64,000 nt of DNA, taken from positions 172,752-236,751 of the IMG/VR virus record IMGVR_UViG_3300021959_006017. One strand, written 5' to 3'. The notes under the pieces are model-generated. The model saw only the letters and a list, made by a program, of their open reading frames with translations, did not search any database and was not told the DNA's origin. The position numbers were made by a program, and so were the translations under genes. Every line of letters starts with the position of its first letter. The first letter of the stretch is position 1. Shown here piece after piece: positions 37,084 to 46,970 of this stretch.

Positions 37084-39753
37084 TTGAGTTACGTAGACGC
37101 ATTCTTTGATCGTGATCAAGATATTATTCGAGTAGTCGAACGCAGAGATGGAAAGCGACATTTCCACGAATACCAAGCAAAATATACGTTTTACTACGAA
37201 GACCCGAGAGGCAAGTACAAAAGTGTGTACGGAGATCCTTTGACTCGTGTCGTATGTAAAAACACAAAAGACTTTCGCAAAGAAGTTGCTATTAACAAAG
37301 GCAAAAACTTGTTTGAAAGCGATATCAATCCAATATTCCAATGTCTAAGTGAAAACTATCTCAATCAAGACGCACCTAAACTAAACATTGCGTTCTTCGA
37401 TATTGAAACAGACTTTGATCCAGAACGTGGATTTGCTGATCCAGCAGATCCCTTTATGCCTATTACAAGTATCTCGGTATACTTGCAATGGATGGAGACA
37501 ATGATTTGTTTAGCAGTTCCACCTAAGACACTTACAATGGACGAAGCTAAAAAAGAACTTGAAGGCATTGAAAATGTAATGCTGTTTGAAAAAGAAAGTG
37601 ACATGATTGACACTTTCTTGACACTGATTGAAGATGCTGATATACTATCAGGTTGGAACAGTGAAGGTTATGATATTCCGTATACTGTAAATAGAACAAG
37701 TCGTGTACTAAGCAAAGATGACACAAGACGTTTTTGTTTGTGGGGACAACTTCCTAAGAAACGTGAATATGAAAAGTATGGCAAATCAGCTGTTACCTTT
37801 GACCTAATAGGCAGAGTGCATTTAGATAGTTTGGAATTATATCGTAAATACACATATGAAGAAAGACATACATATAGACTTGATGCCATTGGCGAAATCG
37901 AAGTTGGGGAGAATAAAGTTCCTTATGAAGGCACTTTGGACCAGTTGTACAACAATGACTTTAGAAAGTTCATCGAATACAACATACAAGATACCGCACT
38001 ACTGGACAAGCTGGACAAAAAACTAAGATTTATTGACCTAAGTAATGAGCTGGCTCATGCAAATACGGTTTTGCTACAGACCACTATGGGTGCTGTTGCT
38101 GTTACAGAGCAAGCTATTATTAACGAAGCACATCATAGAGGACTACAAGTTCCTAATCGTCCAAGACGTGATGACGAAAATACACAAGCCGCAGGTGCTT
38201 ATGTTGCATTTCCGAAAAAAGGCTTACACAAGTATATTGGTTCAATGGACTTGAACTCACTGTATCCGTCGGTGATTCGTGCGCTCAACATGGCTCCAGA
38301 AACTATTGTAGGACAACTTCGTCCTGAGATTTCAGATGCCCGTGTACACGAAGATATGACGCTGAAGAAAAAGAGCTTTGCAGGCAGTTGGGAAGGACGT
38401 TTCAATGTTGAAGAATACGATATGGTTATGGAAAAGCGCAAAGACGTTGCACTAACTATCGACTGGGAAGATGGACGTTCAGATGTACTAAGTGGTGCAG
38501 AGATTCATCAACTTATATTCGACAGTAATATGCCATGGATGCTAAGTGCAAACGGCACAATATTTACAACAGAGTTTGAAGGAGTTATTCCTGGTATTCT
38601 AAAGAGGTGGTATGCAGAACGAAAAGATCTACAGAAGATGCTCAAGAAGGCAAAAGACGCTGGCAATGAAGCGGAGATTGCATTTTGGGACAAACGACAA
38701 CTTGTTAAAAAGATTAATCTTAACTCTCTTTATGGGGCCATTCTTAATCCTGGTTGCAGATTTTTTGACAAACGTATAGGACAGTCAACTACACTTACTG
38801 GTAGACAGATTGTTAAGCATATGAGTGCAGAAGTAAACAAAGTTATCACAGGCGAATATGATCACGTAGGTAAAAGTGTTATCTATGGCGACACTGACTC
38901 TGTGTACTTTAGTGCGTGGCCTGTGCTTAAAGATGATGTAGAAGCAGGACGTCTTGATTGGAACATTGACAAGTGTATTACACTTTATGACCAAGTAGCA
39001 GAACAAGCAAATACAACATTTACAGACTTTATGGCAAAAGCATTTCACTGTCCAAAGAGTCGTTCAGATGTTATTGCGGCAGGTAGAGAGATTGTTGCAC
39101 AGTCAGGTTTGTATATTACTAAGAAGCGTTATGCGGCTCTTGTTATCGACTTAGAAGGCTTTAGAGCAGACACAGATGGCAAGCCAGGCAAAGTAAAAGC
39201 AATGGGCTTGGACTTGCGTAGATCAGACACACCTGTGTTCATGCAAGAGTTTCTAAGTGAACTATTACTTATGGTTCTTACTGACAAGCCTCAAGAACAA
39301 GTATTAGAACGTATTACAGAGTTCCGTAAAGAGTTTGAAGAACGTCCAGGACATGAAAAAGGTTCGCCTAAACGTGCAAACAAGATTGGACACTATCAGC
39401 GTCTTGAGCAGAAACAAGGTAAAGCAAATATGCCTGGACATGTAAGAGCAAGCATTAACTGGAACACACTAAAACGTATGAATGGTGACAAGTACTCGCA
39501 AGAGATTGTAGACGGTATGAAAGTTATTGTTTGCAAGCTCAAGCAGAATCCGCTGGGCTATACAAGTGTTGCATATCCGACAGATGAGTTGCGGTTGCCA
39601 GAGTGGTTTAAAGAACTGCCATTTGACGATGCAGCTATGGCTGAAACTATTATTGATAATAAGTTAGACAACTTAATCGGTGTGCTTGACTATCCATTAG
39701 AGGATACAAAACAACATAATACATTTAACAGTTTGTTTGACTTTGGAGATTAG
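37084..39753 (+). CDS. Family B DNA polymerase (gp43-like)
   Basis: Exo FDIETD; DLNSLYPS, KINLNSLYG, YGDTDS, KKRY; TTG start with SD GGAG. Confidence 0.97.
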   Translation: MSYVDAFFDRDQDIIRVVERRDGKRHFHEYQAKYTFYYEDPRGKYKSVYGDPLTRVVCKNTKDFRKEVAINKGKNLFESDINPIFQCLSENYLNQDAPKLNIAFFDIETDFDPERGFADPADPFMPITSISVYLQWMETMICLAVPPKTLTMDEAKKELEGIENVMLFEKESDMIDTFLTLIEDADILSGWNSEGYDIPYTVNRTSRVLSKDDTRRFCLWGQLPKKREYEKYGKSAVTFDLIGRVHLDSLELYRKYTYEERHTYRLDAIGEIEVGENKVPYEGTLDQLYNNDFRKFIEYNIQDTALLDKLDKKLRFIDLSNELAHANTVLLQTTMGAVAVTEQAIINEAHHRGLQVPNRPRRDDENTQAAGAYVAFPKKGLHKYIGSMDLNSLYPSVIRALNMAPETIVGQLRPEISDARVHEDMTLKKKSFAGSWEGRFNVEEYDMVMEKRKDVALTIDWEDGRSDVLSGAEIHQLIFDSNMPWMLSANGTIFTTEFEGVIPGILKRWYAERKDLQKMLKKAKDAGNEAEIAFWDKRQLVKKINLNSLYGAILNPGCRFFDKRIGQSTTLTGRQIVKHMSAEVNKVITGEYDHVGKSVIYGDTDSVYFSAWPVLKDDVEAGRLDWNIDKCITLYDQVAEQANTTFTDFMAKAFHCPKSRSDVIAAGREIVAQSGLYITKKRYAALVIDLEGFRADTDGKPGKVKAMGLDLRRSDTPVFMQEFLSELLLMVLTDKPQEQVLERITEFRKEFEERPGHEKGSPKRANKIGHYQRLEQKQGKANMPGHVRASINWNTLKRMNGDKYSQEIVDGMKVIVCKLKQNPLGYTSVAYPTDELRLPEWFKELPFDDAAMAETIIDNKLDNLIGVLDYPLEDTKQHNTFNSLFDFGD

Positions 39754-40147
39754 TTATCTTTTTTGAATGTAAACTGATATTAATAAAATCACTAAGAAAC
39801 TCGAAATGGTTTGATAGGTCGTTAAAAAGCTCACCTGTAACTTGGCTGTAAGAGGTTTTACCTATGTTTTGGAAATATGATCTAGGAAGTCCTTTGTTAG
39901 ATCCAAAAGACGGAAACACACCAGAAACAAAAAGGCAAGTATCACCAAGTTCTTTTGCATTTGATCTATTGTTGATTTTTAAATATGCTTCTGCAAAAGA
40001 GTTTTCAGGATGCCAGTTAGGTTTATCTATGTGTACTGCAAGTACCATAACAACATAATGCTCAAGATGCACCGGCAACTCATAGCCCGATGTTTCCTGA
40101 GCTTCTCTAACTATACCAAAGAAGGCATTAGTAAAAGCATCGTTCAT
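39725..40147 (-). CDS. Hypothetical protein, antisense orientation
   Basis: KELGDTCLFVSGVFP; GATAAATA ends 4 nt before ATG 40147. Confidence 0.6.
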   Translation of the reverse strand: MNDAFTNAFFGIVREAQETSGYELPVHLEHYVVMVLAVHIDKPNWHPENSFAEAYLKINNRSNAKELGDTCLFVSGVFPSFGSNKGLPRSYFQNIGKTSYSQVTGELFNDLSNHFEFLSDFINISLHSKKITNLQSQTNC

Positions 40148-40161
40148 AAAGTATTTATCGG

Positions 40162-40190
40162 TTGACAAACTAACCTAAATACTGTATTAT
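40162..40190 (+). promoter_or_regulatory. Sigma70 promoter with nested CTAAATA
   Basis: TTGACA-AACTAACCTAAATACTG-TATTAT. Confidence 0.7.
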
Positions 40191-40209
40191 AATATTAGGA
40201 GTATAGAGA

Positions 40210-40629
40210 ATGAAAGTAGGTTTTACCTGTTCAACATTTGATTTATTGCATGCAGGGCACGTACAAATGTTACGTGAAGCAAAAGAGCAGTGTGAATATT
40301 TGATCTGCGGACTACAAGTAGACCCTAGTCAAGATAGAGCAGAAAAAAACGCTCCTATACAAACTATTGTTGAACGTTATACACAACTAAAAGCAGTAGG
40401 TTATGTAGACGAGATAGTTCCATATGGTACAGAACAGGATCTAGAAGATATTTTAACAATGTATCATATTGATGTTAGAATACTGGGAGAGGAGTATAGA
40501 GATAAAGACTTCACAGGCAAAGATATTTGCCGTAGACGTGATATTGATCTATACTTCAATAAACGAGACCATCGCTTTAGCTCAAGTGGGTTGAGGAAGC
40601 GTGTAGCAGAAAGACAAAATAGTGCTTAA
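40210..40629 (+). CDS. Cytidylyltransferase (TagD/RfaE-like)
   Basis: TFDLLHAGH, RFSSS. Confidence 0.85.
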   Translation: MKVGFTCSTFDLLHAGHVQMLREAKEQCEYLICGLQVDPSQDRAEKNAPIQTIVERYTQLKAVGYVDEIVPYGTEQDLEDILTMYHIDVRILGEEYRDKDFTGKDICRRRDIDLYFNKRDHRFSSSGLRKRVAERQNSA

Positions 40630-40756
40630 CCAAGATCCTACTATTAACGAACTTAGAAGAATCTTTATTGATGCTGGTTTAGAGTTTTACATCAAGAAAG
40701 AAAAAGGCAATGTAGCTAAAGTACACTTTATTATTAAGGAGAAAGAAAATGGCTAG
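40622..40756 (+). CDS. Small hypothetical protein (44 aa)
   Basis: GTG start; overlaps both neighbours; not in ORF track. Confidence 0.4.
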   Translation: MLNQDPTINELRRIFIDAGLEFYIKKEKGNVAKVHFIIKEKENG

Positions 40757-40919
40757 ACCCGAAAGAACAGCAGAAGATCAAAGGTTAATCGACGAATGGT
40801 TAAGCAAGAACAAAGTCACAGTGTTAGCACCAAATGCTCGCACAGACGCAAACGAGATTAGGTCCCTTTGGGGCAAAAAGAAAAAGGCTGGCAGACCAAA
40901 AAAGGAGAGTAATGTATGA
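40749..40919 (+). CDS. Small basic hypothetical protein (56 aa)
   Basis: SD AAGGAG; MARPERTAEDQRLIDEWL... Confidence 0.55.
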   Translation: MARPERTAEDQRLIDEWLSKNKVTVLAPNARTDANEIRSLWGKKKKAGRPKKESNV

Positions 40920-41065
40920 AACTTACATTAACGATAACATTCTTAGCAGGGTTTGTATTAGGTGGTTTACTAGTAACACTTACACACCCTTATGAAGAAT
41001 GTAAGCGTATGTATACAACACCAGAAGATATTTCAGAATGTGTTTGGATCAAGGAGAATCCATAA
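40916..41065 (+). CDS. Small membrane-anchored protein (49 aa)
   Basis: SD AAGGAG; ATGA coupling; N-terminal TM helix. Confidence 0.55.
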   Translation: MKLTLTITFLAGFVLGGLLVTLTHPYEECKRMYTTPEDISECVWIKENP

Positions 41066-41229
41066 TGTGGGCATTATTTGTTATTAGCACAGTTGTTGGA
41101 TTAGAAGAACCTAAAGTAACACGCTATGCAGAGTTTGACACTAAGCATGAGTGTTATGTCGAATGGTATAACCTAACCGAAAAGTTTACGCAAAATGAAA
41201 TTGCGTATTGCAAGGAATCAAATGGATAA
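41065..41229 (+). CDS. Small hypothetical protein
   Basis: TAATG coupling; SD AAGGAG; MWALFVIS... Confidence 0.5.
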   Translation: MWALFVISTVVGLEEPKVTRYAEFDTKHECYVEWYNLTEKFTQNEIAYCKESNG

Positions 41230-41929
41230 CTTTATATTTGATGTAGACGGCACACTAACGCCAAGTAGACAAGAAATAGTTCCTCAGTTTAGAGAGTACT
41301 TTAAACACTTTTGTGACGAACATGCTGTATATCTTGTAACTGGTAGCGACTACGCAAAAACTCTTGAGCAGTTAGGTCCCGAAATATGCAACAAAGTAAA
41401 GCGCATCTATAACTGTTCAGGCAATGATGTTTGGGAAAAAGGTGTAAATGTTCGCACAAATGAATGGACACTGCCAGAAGATGCACACGAATGGTTAAGT
41501 GAACAACTAACTGCAAGTGCATTTCCGTTGCGTACTGGGTTACACTTTGAACATAGGCCCGGATTAGTAAACTTTAGTATAGTAGGACGTAACGCTACAC
41601 TAGGCGAACGTAAGCTATATGTTGAATGGGATACAGAGCATAACGAACGAGAAGTTATTTCACATAACTTTAATAAACTATTTAAAGAACTAGAAGCAAG
41701 GCCTGGTGGCGAAACAGGAATAGATATTGCACCCGAAGGTGCAAATAAAAGTCAAATAATCAATGACTTTACAAAATATGAATGGATAAACTTTTTTGGT
41801 GATAGAATGGATCCAGCTGGAAACGACTATCCTTTAGGAAGTATTATCAAATACGGCATGGCCTATCATGTGAAAGATTGGATGGATACCTGGGAGAGAC
41901 TACGTGCATATACTGATTACGGGAAATAA
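41222..41929 (+). CDS. HAD-IIB phosphomannomutase-like enzyme
   Basis: FDVDGTLT, VTGSD, NFSIVGR, FFGD...GNDY (PMM-type). Confidence 0.85.
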   Translation: MDNFIFDVDGTLTPSRQEIVPQFREYFKHFCDEHAVYLVTGSDYAKTLEQLGPEICNKVKRIYNCSGNDVWEKGVNVRTNEWTLPEDAHEWLSEQLTASAFPLRTGLHFEHRPGLVNFSIVGRNATLGERKLYVEWDTEHNEREVISHNFNKLFKELEARPGGETGIDIAPEGANKSQIINDFTKYEWINFFGDRMDPAGNDYPLGSIIKYGMAYHVKDWMDTWERLRAYTDYGK

Positions 41930-42668
41930 AGGCTTCGTAGGAAGTGCTTTATACGATAGATTGAGTTTACGTAACGATGTACAAGCGGTACACGGTATAG
42001 ACTTAAAAGACGGACAAGATTTACTTACATTTGATCGATGGCGTGAAGTAGATCTTGTTATTCATCTTGCAGGTAAAAGCGGTGTACGTGAAAGCCTAAG
42101 TGATCCTAGTTCTTATTGGTTTAATAATGTAGAAGCAAGTCGTAAACTATTTGAACGTTATGCAGATACACGCATACTATATGCGAGTAGTTCGAGCGCA
42201 TACGAACCCGATCTAAATCCTTATGCGGCTAGTAAGTTTTGTTTGGAAGAACTTGCAGAACGTTATCCAAATACACTGGGTATGCGTTTCCATACAGTGT
42301 ATTCAGAAAAATGTCCCAGAGAAAATATGTTCTTTAACAAACTATTAAATGGTAAACTAGAATATGTAACTAGGCACTATAGAGATTTTATACATCTAAA
42401 CGACATACTAGATGCAATAGAAATACTAATCAACGCTACACATGTCAAGGGTGTAGTTGATATCGGAACAGGCAATCCTGTAAAGATCCAAGACTTGGCG
42501 CCGGACTTACCTGTCCGTCTAAATACCCCAGGAGAGAGAAGTTGGACTTGTGCTAACATAGAAAAAATGAAAGCACTAGGCTTTAAACCTAAATACTCAG
42601 TAGAAAACTTCTTGACAAACAAAGGCAAAGATAATATAATAAACTTATTCAATGGAGAAACAGTATGA
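41904..42668 (+). CDS. NAD-dependent epimerase/dehydratase
   Basis: ITGNKGFVG, HLAG, YASSS, YAASK. Confidence 0.88.
   Translation: MHILITGNKGFVGSALYDRLSLRNDVQAVHGIDLKDGQDLLTFDRWREVDLVIHLAGKSGVRESLSDPSSYWFNNVEASRKLFERYADTRILYASSSSAYEPDLNPYAASKFCLEELAERYPNTLGMRFHTVYSEKCPRENMFFNKLLNGKLEYVTRHYRDFIHLNDILDAIEILINATHVKGVVDIGTGNPVKIQDLAPDLPVRLNTPGERSWTCANIEKMKALGFKPKYSVENFLTNKGKDNIINLFNGETV
42612..42640 (+). promoter_or_regulatory. Sigma70 promoter for the clamp/TGT-like operon
   Basis: TTGACA-N17-TATAAT, perfect consensus. Confidence 0.75.
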
Positions 42669-43405
42669 AAGATATCTTACAAGACGTAGTTGCTCACACA
42701 CACGCACTTGGCTTCCTTAGCTTAGTAAAAGTAAGCAACGACGAAGGCACACAGATTGATGCTATGGCAGAAGATCGTTCAGTTATTTTGAGCGCAACTG
42801 CACATGCACCTGTTGCTGAGTTTAAAGGCACATTTGGTATGCCTAACTTAGACAAGTTAGCGTTACACTTAAAGAATCCGGAGTATCAAAAAGATGCAAA
42901 GATTAATGTAGTTGAAGCAGAGCGTAATGGCGAAACTGTTCCAACACACATTCACTTTGAAAATGATGCTGGTGATTTCCAAAACGACTATCGTTTTATG
43001 AACAAAGCGATTATCGAAGAAAAACTTAAAACAGTTAAGTTTAAAGGTGCAGCATGGAATGTAAAACTGCAACCTAGCATTGGTGCTATTGGACGTTTGA
43101 AGTTGCAAGCGGCAGCACATTCAGAAGAGCCTACATTTAATGTTACTACTGCTGAAACTGGCGGTGTTAACGATCTAGTGTTTAGCTTTGGTGATGCAAG
43201 CACACACGCAGGTAAGTTTGTATTTGAAACAAATGTAGAAGGTACACTTACACATACTTGGAGTTGGCCGGTAGCGCAAGTTCAAGCAATTCTTAACTTG
43301 GACGGTGATGTTACAATGAGTATTTCAGATCAAGGTGCTATGCAGATCACTGTTGATTCAGGACTAGTAAAGTACGACTACATTCTACCAGCACAGAGCA
43401 AGTAA
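42665..43405 (+). CDS. Probable sliding clamp (gp45-like)
   Basis: 246 aa alpha/beta protein ending YDYILPA; clamp loader and PolB also present; no strong motif. Confidence 0.55.
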   Translation: MKDILQDVVAHTHALGFLSLVKVSNDEGTQIDAMAEDRSVILSATAHAPVAEFKGTFGMPNLDKLALHLKNPEYQKDAKINVVEAERNGETVPTHIHFENDAGDFQNDYRFMNKAIIEEKLKTVKFKGAAWNVKLQPSIGAIGRLKLQAAAHSEEPTFNVTTAETGGVNDLVFSFGDASTHAGKFVFETNVEGTLTHTWSWPVAQVQAILNLDGDVTMSISDQGAMQITVDSGLVKYDYILPAQSK

Positions 43406-44955
43406 TGAACAGAGATTTAACTGCAACACAAAATGACTATGCTGTTTTTCTTCCAGCGTTAAGTGGCTTCTATGCCACTTACGTTGGTAAACAGCGTCAT
43501 GATGAATACGTAGACAAAAATCGTATTCCAAGCAACTTTGCTAATGGTGTTGAGAGTTTAAACTATCTTAATGCACAAGAAGGTGCATTTACTTACAAAT
43601 GGACTCTATACTCTGCAGGACACGCTGACTTAGACACAACTAAGTTTGTTCCAAAAGAAGATATGGTGCGTAACAGAGATAGAGAGAACACTTGGCTACT
43701 AGGCGACTCAGGCGGCTTCCAGATTGGTAAAGGCGTTTGGGAAGGTGATTGGAAGGATCTTAACTGTCCAAAAGCACAAAAGAAACGTGATGGTGTGTTA
43801 CGTTGGATGGATGCTTATATGGACTATGGTATGATCCTTGATATTCCAGCATGGGTTGCACGTAGCCCAGAAGGCGCAAAAGCAACAGGCATTTCAACAT
43901 ACCAAGAAGCAGTAGAAGCAACACGTATTAACAATGAATACTTTATGAAACATCGTACTGGTGCTTGTAAGTTCTTAAACGTACTACAAGGCGAAAACCA
44001 TGTGGAAGCAGATGACTGGTACGAGCAGATGAAAGACTTTTGTGATCCAGTTAAGTATCCCGATAATCATTTTAATGGCTGGTCAATGGGTGGACAAAAC
44101 ATGTGTGACCTAGAGCTTGCACTAAGACGTATTGTAACACTACACTACGACGGCTTGCTACAAAAAGGTGTACACGATGTAATGCACTTCTTGGGTACTT
44201 CAAAACTCGAATGGGCATTGTTGTTAACAGACATTCAACGAGCAGTAAGGAAGTATTATAATGAAAACTTCACTATCACTTTTGACTGTGCTAGTCCTTT
44301 CCTTGCAACCGCAAACGGACAGGTATACATACAGAATGAAACTACGGACAGGTCGAAATGGACATATCGAATGGTGCCGTCAGTTGACGATAAAAAATAT
44401 GCTACAGACACCCGTCTGTTTAGAGATGCTACTGTATCAGATGGGGTATTTAAAAACTTTGAAGACAGTCCCATCACTGCCGAACTCAAAGTATCAGACG
44501 TTTGTACATATGCTCCCGGAGATCTAAATAAAATAGGTAAAGAAGGAAAAACATCATGGGATAGTTTTTCATATGCGATCCAAATGGGTCATAACGTGTG
44601 GAGTCACATTAATGCAGTTCAAGAAGCGAACAGACAATACGACAATGGAGTTATTCCGAAAATGCTTGTACAAGAGCGATTTGACAGGGTTCTATTTAGA
44701 GATGTTGTGGAAGAAATATTCTCAAAGACTACGCTAGAAGATTCACTTGCAGTTATTAAAGAACACGAAAAGTTCTTTATGAGTATCAGAGGCACACGCG
44801 GTTATACTGGCAAAAAGATTGTTAGTGCTAGACCTAAGTTTGCTGAACTATTTGATGTAGAAGAAGTAGAAGTAGATTCGGAAGAGTTTACTGAAGCACA
44901 AATACAAAAACTTGAGGAACTAGAAGATGAGCAACTTCACGGAGAAACACAATAA
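43405..44955 (+). CDS. dpdA: TGT/DpdA-like guanine transglycosylase
   Basis: DSGGFQ, ILDIP, VLQG, HFLG, TFDCASP; clustered with queD/folE/queE. Confidence 0.75.
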   Translation: MNRDLTATQNDYAVFLPALSGFYATYVGKQRHDEYVDKNRIPSNFANGVESLNYLNAQEGAFTYKWTLYSAGHADLDTTKFVPKEDMVRNRDRENTWLLGDSGGFQIGKGVWEGDWKDLNCPKAQKKRDGVLRWMDAYMDYGMILDIPAWVARSPEGAKATGISTYQEAVEATRINNEYFMKHRTGACKFLNVLQGENHVEADDWYEQMKDFCDPVKYPDNHFNGWSMGGQNMCDLELALRRIVTLHYDGLLQKGVHDVMHFLGTSKLEWALLLTDIQRAVRKYYNENFTITFDCASPFLATANGQVYIQNETTDRSKWTYRMVPSVDDKKYATDTRLFRDATVSDGVFKNFEDSPITAELKVSDVCTYAPGDLNKIGKEGKTSWDSFSYAIQMGHNVWSHINAVQEANRQYDNGVIPKMLVQERFDRVLFRDVVEEIFSKTTLEDSLAVIKEHEKFFMSIRGTRGYTGKKIVSARPKFAELFDVEEVEVDSEEFTEAQIQKLEELEDEQLHGETQ

Positions 44956-45130
44956 ACTTGCTACACACCTGCAAGAACTTTATCGCAAGCACAGAGCACT
45001 TGACGAAGAAGTAAAAGACATGTATACTAAGTTTGCAGATGACGGTGCTATTAACCGTAAGAAAACTCAAAAGCTATGGCTCAAAGATGAAATACACAGA
45101 TTAGAAACAGAACTAAAGGCACTAGGATGA
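44927..45130 (+). CDS. Small coiled-coil protein (DUF465/YdcH-like)
   Basis: KHRALDEEV...KTQKLWLKDEI. Confidence 0.6.
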   Translation: MSNFTEKHNKLATHLQELYRKHRALDEEVKDMYTKFADDGAINRKKTQKLWLKDEIHRLETELKALG

Positions 45131-45729
45131 CATTAAATGTAGTTAAACTAAACAAAGCAATCGAAGTCGGAACTGTGATTCCTCTAAAAGAATGCGGTGG
45201 TAATATCGGCCGATGGGTTGAAGATCAGCTTGAAGATAACGGATACTCTGTTAACAGAGGCAAAGGTATTGATTTGCAAAAGTTAGGTATTGAAGTCAAA
45301 ACTCGTAAAGTTGATAGCGGAAGCGGACATACAGTAGGTGCAATGTTACCACAAGACATTGTTCAAGAAGATTGGCAAGCTGGTAATAATATGTTTGACA
45401 AAGTACAACGTCAGTACAGAGTTAAACATAAAGTAAACGAACTTACAGGCGATAACATTGTTGTAAGTGCGAAAGTACATGACTTTACTGACGATACAAT
45501 CCAAACGAAACTTAAAGAAGCATGGAGCCATTGTCGAAATGTTCTTGTGCAGAACTCCGGACATGACTTTTCTTATATTAGAGGAGAAGGTATGTGGGCT
45601 TATTTAGAACTACAAGAAAATGGTTCCTATCAGTTCCGTATTACTGACAAGTATATGAATGAAATGGAAAACATTGCAAACCTTAATCGAACAAAAATGT
45701 TTTTTGTAGAGGCACAGTATGAAGCGTGA
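45127..45729 (+). CDS. PD-(D/E)xK restriction-endonuclease-like protein
   Basis: GNIGRWVE...GIDL...IEVKT. Confidence 0.55.
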   Translation: MTLNVVKLNKAIEVGTVIPLKECGGNIGRWVEDQLEDNGYSVNRGKGIDLQKLGIEVKTRKVDSGSGHTVGAMLPQDIVQEDWQAGNNMFDKVQRQYRVKHKVNELTGDNIVVSAKVHDFTDDTIQTKLKEAWSHCRNVLVQNSGHDFSYIRGEGMWAYLELQENGSYQFRITDKYMNEMENIANLNRTKMFFVEAQYEA

Positions 45730-46252
45730 TTATGAAACTGGTGTAGCAGATGATGCAGTTTTCTTCATAGGCGTAGAAGTAGAAAAGACTCCTGCATTTG
45801 GATTAAAAACATTATTTGTTACAGGTGTACAACCTTGTGATGTTATTCAAAAACATTACGATGAAGAACAATGCGAACATATCTTCTTTGGTGCTAATCA
45901 TAGTTTTAATCCAGGTGTAAACTTTCCAGAAGATAATGATCAATGGGATCCTTGGGACAATATGATCAAAGCATTTTTAACAGCAGGCAAACTGTGTAGT
46001 TTAGATATTCCCATTTCACTTGCAGAAGCATTTTTAGAATCACCATTGATCGAATACGACAACTTTATCCCACAACTACGCATTCCATTGCCTTATGCAA
46101 AACTGTGGAACTACAACACAATGTTGAAGATTGATGATAAAGACTTTAAGGCAACTAATCCTGGTGTTTGGTGTCATAGTTTACACGATCTAATGGACAG
46201 AGAAAAGTTTACAGATTGGGGCAAATATGGGCTTGACAAAGTTATTGAATGA
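45719..46252 (+). CDS. Hypothetical protein in the modification locus
   Basis: GVEVEKTP, HIFFGANHSF, KIDDKDFKATNPGVW. Confidence 0.65.
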   Translation: MKRDYETGVADDAVFFIGVEVEKTPAFGLKTLFVTGVQPCDVIQKHYDEEQCEHIFFGANHSFNPGVNFPEDNDQWDPWDNMIKAFLTAGKLCSLDIPISLAEAFLESPLIEYDNFIPQLRIPLPYAKLWNYNTMLKIDDKDFKATNPGVWCHSLHDLMDREKFTDWGKYGLDKVIE

Positions 46253-46261
46253 AAGTATACT
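46233..46261 (+). promoter_or_regulatory. Sigma70 promoter
   Basis: TTGACA-N17-TATACT. Confidence 0.7.
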
Positions 46262-46270
46262 ATAAAAACA

Positions 46271-46741
46271 ATGGAACAAGAACGTTACGAAACTTATATG
46301 AAACGTAGAATGAAAGAAGAAGATTTTAAAATGGCTCAAGACAATGTAATGAGTAAAGCAGATCGTAGTATTTGGGTAACCTTCCGCAAAGAAGGTGTGC
46401 ATATGTATCCAGGTGCTGACAAAGATCCTAAACTAGCAACAGGCGATTGGGATGATGTATCATTCCTTGGCATTCCACATCGTCATATCTTTCACTTCAA
46501 AGTACGTATTCAGGTATTTCATAATGATCGTGACATTGAGTTTATTCAGTTTAAACGTTGGATGGAGCGTCTTTATGATGTAGAAGGTGTACTAGAACTT
46601 AATCATAAATCATGTGAGATGATCGCAGATGATCTCTATGAAGCTATTTCTGCAAAGTATCCCGGCCGCTTTGTTGAAATTGATGTAGCCGAAGATGGCG
46701 AAAATGGCTGTTCAATCTTTTATCCTAAACCGCAACTTTAA
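46271..46741 (+). CDS. queD: QueD-like 6-carboxytetrahydropterin synthase
   Basis: T-fold metal motif HRHIFH, SCEMIA, final strand VAEDGEN. Confidence 0.7.
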   Translation: MEQERYETYMKRRMKEEDFKMAQDNVMSKADRSIWVTFRKEGVHMYPGADKDPKLATGDWDDVSFLGIPHRHIFHFKVRIQVFHNDRDIEFIQFKRWMERLYDVEGVLELNHKSCEMIADDLYEAISAKYPGRFVEIDVAEDGENGCSIFYPKPQL

Positions 46742-46757
46742 TGCAGAGGAACCTAAA

Positions 46758-46970
46758 ATGGCAATCGAGTTTAATCGAGAAGCATATAATAAAGTCTTTA
46801 ACGACTTGGATAAGTACCGCGACTACTGTCGCTTTGAAGGTAAGGTCTTTGATGAAGCAGACCTTTTTAAAAAGGATTCGCCAAGATGGCAAGCCTATCA
46901 AAAGTACCAAGGTTGGCTACGAGCAAAAGCTCGAACTGCCGGAAGGAAATTTAACAATCGGAGAAACTAA
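46758..46970 (+). CDS. Hypothetical protein
   Basis: SD GAGGA; MAIEFNREAY... Confidence 0.6.
   Translation: MAIEFNREAYNKVFNDLDKYRDYCRFEGKVFDEADLFKKDSPRWQAYQKYQGWLRAKARTAGRKFNNRRN

Noticed and set aside
37084-39753. Intein or intron in the polymerase
   Set aside because: Length and motif spacing are normal; no splicing motifs seen
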